DNA from: Camelus ferus
Lineage: Eukaryota
Direction: 5' to 3'
NCBI RefSeq assembly: GCF_009834535.1
Contig: NC_045697.1
Location: forward strand, 57,228,001-57,292,000
Length of the DNA stretch: 64,000 nucleotides
In this document: one piece after another, positions 52,480 through 64,000 of the stretch
Position numbering within the stretch: position 1 is the first letter of the stretch
Layout: each line of letters starts with the position of its first letter
Notes under the pieces: generated by a model
Told to the model about the DNA's origin: nothing
The model's database searches: none
The model's input: only the letters and a program-made list of their open reading frames with translations
Made by a program: the position numbers and the translations under genes

Positions 52480-53400
52480 AAGTAATGGAAGTAAAATATT
52501 AATTGTTTAAATAAAACTTAATAATTGGATTAAATAGTAAATTAGACATTCTTTCCTCAGCTAAGAAATAATCTTTCAATAGGACACAAAATGCATGAAT
52601 CATAAAATTTTCTAAAAAGATAGGTGGATTTTATAAAAAATTTTAATAGTCAAAAGCTATTATTAAGAAAATCAAAAAGGCAAACCACAGACTCAGAGAA
52701 AAATAATTCTAAACACTTATTTGATAATGGGCTTGTATTTAGAATATATAAAGAACTCTTATAACTCAATAATAAGACAAACCACCAAGTGAAAATGTCA
52801 TAAAGTTGAATGGACACATAAACAAAGAAAGGGGCCATGGATGACTAATAATAGATATTTTGATGATTATATATCCACACAATTCTGTGTGTGGATGTTT
52901 ATTTACAGTGGCTTTATTCATAATCACCAAAACTTGGAAATAATATTGATGTCCAATGAGGGGTGAACAGATAATGAAATTCTGGTGAGTCCGTATAATG
53001 ATATCCATATAATGAAATACTACTCAAAAATGTAAATAAATGAAATGCATGCAACAACATGGTTGAATCTCAAAATATTATGCTAAGTGAAAAAACAAAG
53101 ACATTAATAGCTATTTACTGTATGATTCAATTTATATGACATAATAAAAATAGTTAAATAAAAAACTACTGGAATAGAAATCCTAATAGTGCTTATTAGG
53201 GGCTGGGATTAGAAGTAAGGAATATATTAAAAAAACAGAATGAGGGAACTTTTGGGGGCTAATGAAACTTCTCTATCTCAATTGTAGTGGTAGTTATTTG
53301 ATTGGATATATTTACCAAAACTCATAGAATTGTACACCTAAAAATGCTAAATTATATCTGATGTAAATTGGACCTCAATAAACGTGAATTTTTTAAGTTA
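52480..53400 (+). mobile_element. Old L1M ORF2 end and 3' UTR
   Basis: aaaggcaaaccacagact..gctttattcataatcaccaaaac..acctcaataaa. Confidence 0.85.
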
Positions 53401-53679
53401 TTCATTCATAAGTTTCTTTTTTTTCCATTGTTGGGATATGCATATCAAAATTTTGGTGCTGTTAGCATCAGACCTATACTATACCAGACCTATACTAAAA
53501 TGCATGAGCAAAAAAAATTTTCTCAGCCATTGATATATATGTTATAGTGTTTAAAACTAAAAATCTTATTATTTTGACCACTAAATTTGACCTTCTCAAT
53601 ATTACAATTGAAGCCACATGAGCTTTATAATAAACACTTGCTCTATGATAACCTGCTGTGGTAAGATACTTTAGTATCT

Positions 53680-53835
53680 CTTTTAGTCTATGTTTTGTCC
53701 TTTGAAATATGGTGACAATAGTGCCTATATCACTGGATTATTACTGAGTAAATAGGATAATATGTTTGAAGCTCCAGTACAGTATGTGATGCATCATAAT
53801 CATTAAAATATGGTAATATACATTATTGTTGTTGC
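53680..53835 (+). mobile_element. MIR 3' half
   Basis: aatagtgcctat..taaataggataatatgtttgaagc. Confidence 0.6.
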
Positions 53836-54019
53836 TATACTCTTATTATCATTATTATAATCACATTATGGACTTAATTCTCATACTTTTAACATTTTCT
53901 CCTTTTAGTTTTTCTTTAACTAAATAACTTTAATACTAATTGAACATCTTCAAACCACTATCAAAACTATGTTATCTCCTCAAATTCTTATTTCTGAATA
54001 TTTTAATGTATAATATTAC

Positions 54020-54213
54020 ATAAAGGAGCTGTTTCTAAAGGCAAGTTCATCTGTTTCTGCATTTCTGTACTTCCCTGATTAGCAACCGTTTGAATCTACC
54101 CTGGTACTCAAGGAAGGTTTAGGAGGCTGAAGCATTTTCCTACAAATAAGAAATGGGGGACAAGGAAAGATTTTTGTATTCAGGAGTGCTCCACAGGGTC
54201 CTGCTCGGTTTCA
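54020..54213 (-). mobile_element. ERV1-class LTR 5' fragment
   Basis: Its reverse complement begins tgaaaccgagcaggaccctg, similar to the start of the LTR at 50259. Confidence 0.7.
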
Positions 54214-54259
54214 GTGGTTAGAGGGAAAGTCTCCTACCCACGCTTTGGAATTGATCTGC

Positions 54260-54755
54260 AGAAATTTTCACATGCAGTAGTAAAAAATAATGTAAAAAAT
54301 TTGTGTGTACCCTTTACAGAGTATCACAATAGCATTCTGCAAAACTATACAATAAGACAACCAGTATATTAACATTGATACAATGATAAAAAGCATTTCC
54401 ATCACCATAAAATTTCCTTGTGATCCCCTTTTATAGCCACAGCCACCTCCACCCACTCACCATGCTCATAACTCTTGGCACCCACTAATTTATTCTCCAT
54501 TTCTAAAAGTGTGTCATTTAAAAATCTTACAGTATGTAACCTTTTGGAATTGGCACTTTTTCACTTAGTGTAATACCCTTGTGATTCATCTGATTTGTTG
54601 CATGTGTCAATAGCTTGTTCCTTTACATTAGTGAGTACTATTTCATGATACTGATGTACAGAAGTCTGTTTTACCATTCACCTGTTGAAGGGCATCTGAG
54701 TGGTTTCCAGTTTGGGGCTGTTTTGAATAGAGCTGTATGAACATTTATGCAAAGG
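54260..54755 (-). mobile_element. L1MC1/2-like 3' UTR
   Basis: ttcacatgcagt..gcatttccatcacca..ccattcacctgttgaagggcatctg. Confidence 0.85.
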
Positions 54756-56476
54756 CTGCATGAGTTTTATATAAAATTAAATTCAGAAGAGTGTTGAAAT
54801 GAGAGTTGAGTGTATTAGCTCACATTATGTGCAATAGGTGTATATGGAACTGTAGAGGGGATAGCCAAAGAAAAGCTAAAGACATCATAATTAACTTCAA
54901 CAGAAAGAGGAGAATAAGGAAACAATACTAAATAAGATGGTAAAACATTCATAATGGCTTTCACTGGTTGCTTTACAAAGCAACCAGTGTGCTCCTGCCC
55001 TCTGTGTACTTCTGTAATGGGGCTGCAGCAATGTAAAATTTTGCTGAAGAATTATAGGAAGGCACTATTGTATTCTTAATCTATTAAATTTTTCTTCTAT
55101 ATGAAACCATTTCTTCCTAAGTTCAAGGAGGAGAGCTTGACAGTTCCATGCATTCTTGAGATGCATGCAAATGTCACTGACAGCCAATTAAAAAACACCA
55201 AAGGTATGAAAAGACAAAAATATAGCTCCCATTAGAAACAGTAAAGAGAAACATTTGGTAAAAGGCATTTTTTAATCCACTTGTTTTTCACCATCTTCAA
55301 GAAAGCCTTTTCATATAAGTAATTGGGTACAAAATAAGCCTCTTTATTCTAGGTTGATTTTTAAAAGTTATGTTTACCTAACTTTTACACAATTTTAGAA
55401 AAATGATGCATGGAAGAGTCATTGTATGTAACTTTTATTAGTTTTGATTTAGTTGCCGTTGAGGTAATATATTTTAAAAATTTGAAATTTAATAAACTAC
55501 ATGAATATAAGAAGGTTCCACAACTAACATGGATAAAATAATTCCTCTCTGATGAATTTGGACCTTTATTAGAACAAGTGCTATTTTATGCCTCTCTAAA
55601 AGTATCAATCAGAAAGTTTCTGTCAGCATTCACAAAATATCTTCTAAGAAAACAATAAAAATTATCTTGTTGTTTATTGAGTATATTAAAGATGGTTCAA
55701 CTGTACTGTAGCAATACACAGTGAAAAATGAATTCTGGAAGACTATTAGTGGTAAACAATCATATGAAGTCTATGTACACAAAATAAAAAATAGCTGAAA
55801 AGTAATGTGGGTAATGGTGCATTGTGCAAGCATTTAAAAAAATACAACTACTTATCATTTTGATGTGATATAGAAATAATTCTTTTTTTGTTTGTGGGTA
55901 TAACTAAATCGTTGCTTCAGTATAAGAAGACAAATGATATTTGTTTGAAGTAAGCCCTCACATACCTTAGGTTTTTATAGATTTTATTATGTAAAAATAC
56001 TTACAGTTTTTTTCACAGATGTTTAAAAGATGATGTAGTTGTGTCTTATTTCTTCTACAGCCTTTTCCAAAAGGACTAATCATTATTCTGATGTCTTCTT
56101 ACAAGCACAATAATTTTGGACTTTCTAATTAGGAATAGTTTACCAAACTATTATTTTACTTAAAACTGTTATTTATTTCAAACTTACTCATTCAGCATTT
56201 TTTGTTGTGTAATTTCTTTTATGTTTGACATGTACTTCCAGAATTAGGAGCATAAATTGTCTCAAACTATGAGGCTCGCCTGTTTCTTCATGCAAAATAA
56301 ACTGCACTCTAAGAGAAATTCAAAGCATAACTTCATATTTAATTTGCCTTTATTCTAAATACCTACATGAGTTCTTACCCACATTTATTTATTTTGCTGG
56401 TACAGAGTCTGTGAAATTATACTAATTTTAATCGGAAAATGTTAACTGTGAGGCAAAATGTCATGTACATGACACA

Positions 56477-57479
56477 TACTATAGGTTGAATTGTGTTTTA
56501 GTCTGTATTTTCCTAAGAAAGACAATCGATAGTATATACATATGTATATTTACACACACAAACACACACACACTCATACTTGTGCACAAATCAAATAATA
56601 ATTGACACACACATACTTACTTACTAAAAGGAAGTGGCTCATATGGTTATAGAGTCTGAGAAGTCCCAATATCTACAGTCAGCATGTTGGATGCCCAGGA
56701 GAGCCAACGGTATAATTCTAGTCCAAGTCCAGTGGCCTGAGAACCAGGAGAATCCATGGTGTAAGTTCCAGTCCTAGTGTGAGTCTACAGGCAGGAAAAG
56801 ACTGATGCCCCAGTGAAGATAGGCAGGCAGATAGAGACAGTTCTTCTGTACTCAACCTTTAGTTCTATTTTGGCTTTCAGTGTATTGGGTAAAACCCACC
56901 CATTGGGAAGAGCAATCTGCTTTACTGTCTACCAATTAAATGCTAATTTTATCTAGCAAAACCCTTATAGACATACCCAGTATACTGTTTAACCAAATAT
57001 CTGGGCGCTTTGTGACCCAATCAAGTTGATGTATAAAGCTAACCATTGCAAATTGTATAATTTTAAAATTCATATGTTGAGGTTCTGAACTTCGGTGCTT
57101 ACTTGGAAGTAGGGTTGTTGCAGATGTAATTGGTTAAGATTAGGGTATGCTGGATGAAGGTGGGCCCAAAACACAGTATTACTGGCATCTTTAAAAAAGA
57201 GAAAATTTAGGCGTTTAAGTACAGGGAGAACACCATTCAGACATGAAAGAAGAGATGGGGTGATGCAACAAGTCAAGGACCATGGAAGATTGCCAGAAAA
57301 CCAGAAGCTAGGAGAGAGTCATAGTACATATTCTCCCTCACAGCCCTCAGGAATAAGCAACCTTGCAGACATCTTGACCTCAGACTTCTAGCCTCCATAA
57401 CTGAGAGACGACACACTTTTGCATTTTAAGCCACTCAGTTTGTGGTACTTTGTTAGGGCAGCCCTTGTAAACTAACACA
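56477..57479 (+). mobile_element. MLT1B/C-like MaLR LTR split by an MLT2
   Basis: tactataggttgaattg / ..aaaattcatatgttga..gcagcccttgtaaactaacaca; flanks acaca/acact. Confidence 0.88.
56494..57050 (-). mobile_element. MLT2 solo LTR
   Basis: Perfect TSD AATTG (56489-56493 / 57051-57055). Confidence 0.92.
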
Positions 57480-58739
57480 ACACTTAAAGGTACATAAAGA
57501 GGCTGCCTCACCAATTCTGGTGTTCTCTATGAAAAGTCTGAAGCATTGCCCTTGTTGACACTTCCTTGTTATAAAAAACTTCCGAATCGTAAATATGACA
57601 ATTTAACATTAGGTTAAGTTAAATATTAAGTATGTCAGAACCTCAGTCTGTTGTCCACAGAAATTTAGGAACTCTGTTTCTCCAAAACTAATATATTAAG
57701 CCATCTGGACAACAAAACAGCATTTTCTGCTATTCACACATCCGTGCCTCACAGAATTCTTTTTTAATGTAGTTTCCACTCCTGGTATTTCCATTTGCTC
57801 TAAAAATTCTGATCTGATGAAATTTGTTTGGGCTATGGAATAAACACTAGGCTTCTTTTATTCATGCGCTTCCTATCTCAAAAATAACTTTATTTCTATG
57901 TTCAACATATTAAAAATGAATTTTATTAAAATTTAAGTATTAATATTTTGTAACTGAAGTGTAGTAACTTGATTTCAAACAAAATAAAATCTATCGACTT
58001 CATCAGATCTTAAACCCAAATTTCAAATTAAAATGTAACTAATTTTAAGGGCTCTACAAGTTCTCTGGATTATGTGGCTAATTAAGGAGGTATAGAAATT
58101 AAACAGTAAAAATGAAGCATATCTTCAGACTACAATTCAAATTTAGGTCAGACTCACTCTTAAAAATGTATTTTAAATGGCAAGATAGATATTAAACATT
58201 CAAATAAATATTAGTGTGTTCCCTATGGGTGAATTGAAATTCAGGAGTGAAATAAAGTAGAATATATATGCAAATTAGAGAAACAAAGCACCAAAGTAAG
58301 AGTGTCCAAAAAGAGAGGAATCAAAAGAAAAAGAAAAAAAAAAAGAGCAAACACAGGGATGAAGCTTTGCCCATTTGTTACTATTAAATTTCAGGTTACT
58401 TCTTGATTGACAAACACCAAAAAATACACTACCATTCTAAGGCAAAAAAAAAAAAAAAAAATCATATTTTCTGTGTTTATTTTTCTTAATAGTTTCATAT
58501 GAAAATGGCTTAATTTTGGTAGATTTGGAGAGTAGCATTCATATTTGAAATAGTCTGATATGAGACAATCAAGGCAACACATATAAAATTGCCTTTGGAA
58601 AACCTAGAAGATACCACAAAAGGTAGGCACTCATCTTCCAAAAGCAGCTAAAACTAAGGTACAGGATGTTTGTGTCACCACTAGTTGTAAGATACAGTAT
58701 ATGCAGTTGGAAAATTTCCTAGAGAAAATAGAGTCAAGT

Positions 58740-59800
58740 TGTCCAATATTGATAATGCAAGTATTTAGCAATGGGAAAATTTAAGAAGCTTACATTTTGG
58801 ACACATTTTAAAGATGAGGCCAATAGACTTTGCTGATATGTTGAATGTGGGTTTAAGTGGTGTGTGTAAATAGAAGTAAATGATAACTCTGATTATTTTT
58901 GTGTTGCTCTGTAAGAAGTGAAAGATTTGTTAAAACGAAGTATGTGAGATCAGTAGAATGTAGAGGTTTGTGGAAACAGGAGTTAATTTTAGACACATTT
59001 AGTTTGAGATGCCTAATAGATAAATATATCTGAAGATTAGATAGCTAGATAGCATGACTCAACAGTCTAGGGGATGGAAGCTTTATAGTTGGATGCAAAA
59101 ACCCACTTGCCCATTTTTAATTTTGTTGCCTGTGCTTTTGATGTCATAGCCAAAGAATCATTGCCCAAAGCAATGTCAAGAAGCTTTAATCCTAAATTTT
59201 TTTCTAGGAATTTTATGGATCCAGATCTTATGTTTAAATTTTTAATATATTTTGAGTTGATTCTGTATATGGTGTGAAATAAGTGTCCAGCTGGGGCTGA
59301 TGGAAGGGGGAAATAGGAAGATTTTGGCCAAGAGTTAGAAAGTTTAAGTTATGCAAGATAAGTGAGTTTTGGAGATCCAATATAAAACAATGTGATGATA
59401 GTTAACAATACTGTACTGTTTACTTGACGTTGGCTTGGAGGGTAGATCTCAGGCATTTCCATAATAAAAAAGAGGGAAGGGAGGGGGGGGTGACAGAAGT
59501 AACAAAGGAAGGAAGGAAAGAAGGAAGAAAGATTTTTCTTTTGTTGAGGTCAAATGTGGCATCGATATTTAATGTCGGTGAGTTTAATGAAACAAATACT
59601 TTTGAAGTGATTTCAGAGAGAATGGCAAGATGCAAGTAGAGAGCACATATAACATAATTTTAAATGACTGAATCAATATAAGGGGGATGAAGAAAGAAGG
59701 TGCCTGAGGCAAGTGTGGGGTCAAAGAAGATTTTTTTTTTTAACTTGAAAGAAATTACATCAATTTATGGTAATACAAATGGTCCAATAGGAAAAAGCAG
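58740..59800 (-). mobile_element. L2 interrupted by a small inverted L1
   Basis: gagttaattttagacacatttagtttgagatgccta before the L1; L2-like text resumes at ~59540. Confidence 0.65.
59077..59470. mobile_element. Short 5'-inverted L1MA9-like insertion: minus-strand ORF2 piece 59077-59290 plus plus-strand 3' end 59291-59470
   Basis: tttgttgcctgtgcttttg..tggtgtgaaataagtgtccag, then atagttaacaatactgta..gagggtagatctc..aataaaaaa. Confidence 0.8.
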
Positions 59801-61777
59801 TGTTGGAGAGAACATGTATAAACATACAAGTAATTTATTTTGGATCTTTGTATGTTCACTTTTTACAGATTTTATACATTTTTCTCTGAAATAATAAAGA
59901 TTATTATTTTTCTATCTAAATATGAAAATTTGAAATCTGCTCAGTCATAGAAACTATTTTTTGCAATAGATTTTCATAAATGAAAACATTTAAATAGTTT
60001 CTTTAAAATAGCAGATCTTAATAAAACTAGACAATGGAACTGGCATGAAATATGGATTTTTAAATAAGTTGCAAGATGAAGATACATTAGAGAAATTAAG
60101 TGACCCAGTGTGATATGGTTTGTCAAGATGTATCTCACTGTAAGATGCCTTAATATACACTTTACGTAGTTTTACATAAATGTGTTTGGAATCAAACATT
60201 ATTATTCAACTTTTAAATTCATATTGGAATATTTTAGCATAAAATTGTGTTGGCTAAGCTTCAAGGCACATTCTTTCTATATTCAGGAAGATATTAGATA
60301 TAAGTTATGAACACTAAATTTATTTATTAACTTTGAAATTTATAAGCAAATAAAACTAGATACAGTTCTATATCAGACATTTTAATAATTATTTTATATT
60401 ACAAAATACCCTTTTCTCAACCTCAAAAAATAACCATTATGTATAAACTTTACCTAAAATATTTTGTTTTGTTCTGTTTCATTTTTTATTCATTTTGTTT
60501 AAAAGTAATACCTAAAAAAAATCCAGATTTGTTTAGAAAAGGCATCTGTTGGTGAAATTTTGCTGTAGGCTTTCCCGGTTCTCTATGAGATGTTACTCAT
60601 AACTATGTGCTCTGTGCCTGAATATATAGAAGTATCTCATTCACCCTCAGCCTAAATTAAAAGATTGCATTATGCTCACAAACACTCTCCCTTCTTCTAT
60701 CTAATTTTTGTTACCATTAGTTTTCTGATCTTGGCTTTTTAATATTAAGAAACACATTTTCAGAACTAGATGCTGACATTTTTCTTTAAAGCTTCTGAAT
60801 ATCCATTGAAATTCCCTTTTTCCTTTCTTTATTTGTGTATACAAATATTCATTCTTTTAAGTGTTTAAGATAGTTTAGATGACCATGGCTGGTGTTTTAA
60901 ATTCTTCTAGACTTAGAAATCCCTTTACTTTCTGGCCAAGGCAGCATCTGTATCTTGTTACTGAGTGACACTGGCAACAAAATTCACATGTCTGTATTTC
61001 CTGTTAAACTCTAAACCCAAGTTAATACCTACATATTCTCAGTTCTTTGAATCCTTTGCCTTAAGTTGGAAATTGTCAATAGTCTGACACACTTGAACCA
61101 CAGAATTAATGTTGCTTACTTGATCATATGGAGAGTAAGCAAGTCTGGTTTGGATCATAGACTTATAGCCAAGCCTCAGTCTCATGTGTGACAGATATGC
61201 AGCTGTCTTGTACAAAGTTGGACAATGATACTTATCTATTATCTTAAATGTATATTGTTTTCTTGATTTAAAAGTACTAACTCTGCTAGGCAAGCAATTT
61301 CACAATTGAAAATGGAATTTCTTGACCCATAGCCATAAAAGCCAGCTGCAAAGTAGGCATAAGGGAGATAAGAAAATGGGTTTTGTTAGCAGTTTTTATA
61401 ATTGAATGGATTGAATAAACATAAATAGGTAAAGTAACAACTTACTTTTGTGAATACTACAACGGATACATGAGCATATTTAAAATTAGAGATGTGCTTT
61501 ATAAGTTTCATGATTGTTAAGTTAGACTTGAGAAAAGAGTAAGATTTAGTAAAGAGGATGAAGGATGCTCCAAAGCAAAGCTTTAGCTTGTTCAATACCT
61601 CAAGATGTAGTCTGGGCAGTTCCTGACAAGTGTGAGTAAGAGCTGTGAAACAAGAGGCTGAGAAGTTTGAGTTTGGTTATGTTGTGAGAGAGAAAAAAAA
61701 GAAATCGATTGCTCTCTCAAATTGGAAGGATTTAAGATTGTTAAGAAAGTTACTGGAAAGTTTATATACTGCATCAA

Positions 61778-62850
61778 ATTTTAAACATTTTTATTTATCT
61801 TGAAATACAACATATATGCATGAAGATGTATGATATTAAAATGTATATAATACACCAAATAAAAGGCTTGCATGTGTCCACTGCCCAGGTTAAGAAACAG
61901 AATATTGCCAGAAGCCACAGCGTGTTCTTTGGAAGTCATGATATTCTCTCCCTCATTTAGAGAAAACCAGTGTCTTGATTTTTTGTTATTGTCTTTCTTT
62001 TTAATTTCATCACCTAAGTGTATATTCTTAAATAGAATAGTTTATGCTGGTTTTAGAATTTTATGTAAATGAAATTGCACCATATGTTTTGTCTCTCTTT
62101 CTCAGTAGAAAATTTTGTCTGCTAGATTTGTCCTTCCTTTGTAACCAGCTCTATTTTGCTCACTTTCTTTGCTGTATAACATTTTATTGTTTGAATATAC
62201 CATGATTTAGCCAGTCTACTGCTGATGGAGAGTTGGTTTTCAGCTATATATTATAATGTTGCTCTGAATATTCTTGTATGTGTATCCATCTACACATGTG
62301 TACAAATTATTTGGGGATATATAAGAAAGAGTGCTTTCTGGGGTAATAGATTATAAATTTATTCCCTTTTACTATAAATGAATGTTTTTGATAGTTTATA
62401 TTTCTACCCAAAAGTGAATGAGAATTAACATTTTTATGATATATTTCATATTATCATTTAATTTTTTTCTAATTATTGTCTAATAATCCCTTATTGCTAT
62501 TTTTTGCCTTTCCTGATTACTAATGGGATTGGCATTTTTGTATGTTTCAATGATTTATTGATCTTTTATTTTTTGTCTTTCATGAGATAAATATGGAAGT
62601 CCATTGCCCCTTCTGTAATTACACTTTATATATTTTATTAGTGATATAAATGATTTATTTATAAATTCTAGATATGAATCTTTTTTTAGTTTAATGCGTA
62701 TTTTACTGTTTTTTTCATTTTGTGGATTGTATTTTCTTCTTTCAATGATAACTTTGTCAAACAGAAATTCTTCATTTTAATGTAGTCAGATTGATTACTT
62801 CTATAAATAATGGTTTTATTCAATCTTTTTAAAGGAAATAGCCCCCAGAG
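61778..62850 (-). mobile_element. L1ME-like 3' region
   Basis: cccaggttaagaaacagaatattgccag..cagaaattcttcattttaatgtagtca. Confidence 0.75.
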
Positions 62851-63399
62851 TAGACATTTTAGAAAATGTAAAGATACAGAAAGTTTATGGAAGAAAATAA
62901 AATATTTCAGGATCACATAGCTAAAGAGTACACCTGAGTCAATGCTTTCCTCACTGTGTATGAGGTACATGTGTGTTTTCCATATTACTTTTGGTTTAAA
63001 AATGGCAAAGTAATAATTATTAAATCGACTTAATTTTATCACATAAATGAGGCTCAGAGCCTTTTGCAAGCCCATATAGTATTAGGTATATTGTAGTATC
63101 AGGTATCAGTAGTATAACCATGATTTAAATACAATTTTGTTAAGTACCATATTAGGTAATGTTACTATGATACCCATCATTTAATCCCAACTTTGCTGAG
63201 CTCCAGTTAAATAGTATGCAACTAATGTAGCTATTTGTGTGACATGCCGCCTCTTTCAAACACTTTACTGGGGCCTTAAAATCATACCATGAAGGTAGAC
63301 ATTTTATTATCTGTCTTCTTAGAACAATAATAACCATATAGGTTTTATTCACATTTTAACCCAGCAGATACTCAAGCATTTAGAGAATAAAGAAATCAG

Positions 63400-63625
63400 T
63401 AACTCTGCTTTTTATAATGGACCAGCTCTGGATCAGAATAATAGGAGACACAATAACAATTCATGTTTCCTTCAATGACTTGTTGAATTACTCTTGGGTG
63501 AATTTACTATTGAACATTACTCATCTGTAAAACTACAGTATCTTGTGATCACTTAAAAAATACCTTGAGATAACTCTTTTAGAAATATAGAGTGTTCTCA
63601 TAAATATAGTGTCTGCTGTTTCTAC
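63400..63625 (+). mobile_element. MIR SINE
   Basis: agctctggatcaga..cttgggtgaattta..ctcatctgtaaaa. Confidence 0.6.
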
Positions 63626-64000
63626 TTTATTTTCATATTTTAAAATACGTTTGGATATGCATAGCTTTTGATAACACAGCACTAAAACAGTATTCAGGAG
63701 AATAAACTATTACTTTGACAATTTATTTTTAGTGAAAAAAATACAATTTGCACAATATCAGGCTCTGAATATTCAGAAATAACATGAGCTAGATGGTACT
63801 GTCTACTTCTAAGAAAGCTTCAAAATGAATGTTATTTTTAAAGGTTTCTGAAACAAACATTTAATTTTGTTATTAAATTTGTCTTCACTTTTGATACAGA
63901 CAAACAATAAAACTCATATAGAAAGAGATAACTAAATGAATAATAATAGAAACCTTGGCTCTGTAATAGCTTCATTATTTGATGCATTTTACTCTTGGTT

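Noticed and set aside
53469..53497. Direct repeat cagacctatacta x2 (similar pairs at ~3959, ~20530, ~45090)
   Set aside because: Ordinary two-copy slippage duplications; no array or spacer structure, so not CRISPR-like.

Overview
AT-rich, CpG-poor mammalian (eutherian) DNA that looks intergenic or deep-intronic. I recognise no host protein-coding gene, RNA gene or CRISPR array. Most of the window is layered transposon debris: old L1M LINEs, one young 5'-truncated L1, L2 and MIR fragments, MaLR (MLT1) and ERVL (MLT2, LTR16/33/40/41-like) LTRs, three decayed ERVL internal regions, five ERV1-type LTRs (four complete solo LTRs with 4-bp TSDs), hAT-Charlie relics and microsatellites. The young L1 3' UTR and the lack of Alu/B1/Bov-A/PRE1/Can-SINEs tentatively suggest a camelid. 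Subfamily names are from memory of consensus sequences and most boundaries are approximate. I find no convincing new biological system. The best leads are two 5'-inverted L1s, a TSD-less young L1, an ERVL with pol deleted, a TGACA (MEIS/PBX-type) motif cluster, a perfect 13-bp inverted repeat and a few weak exon candidates.
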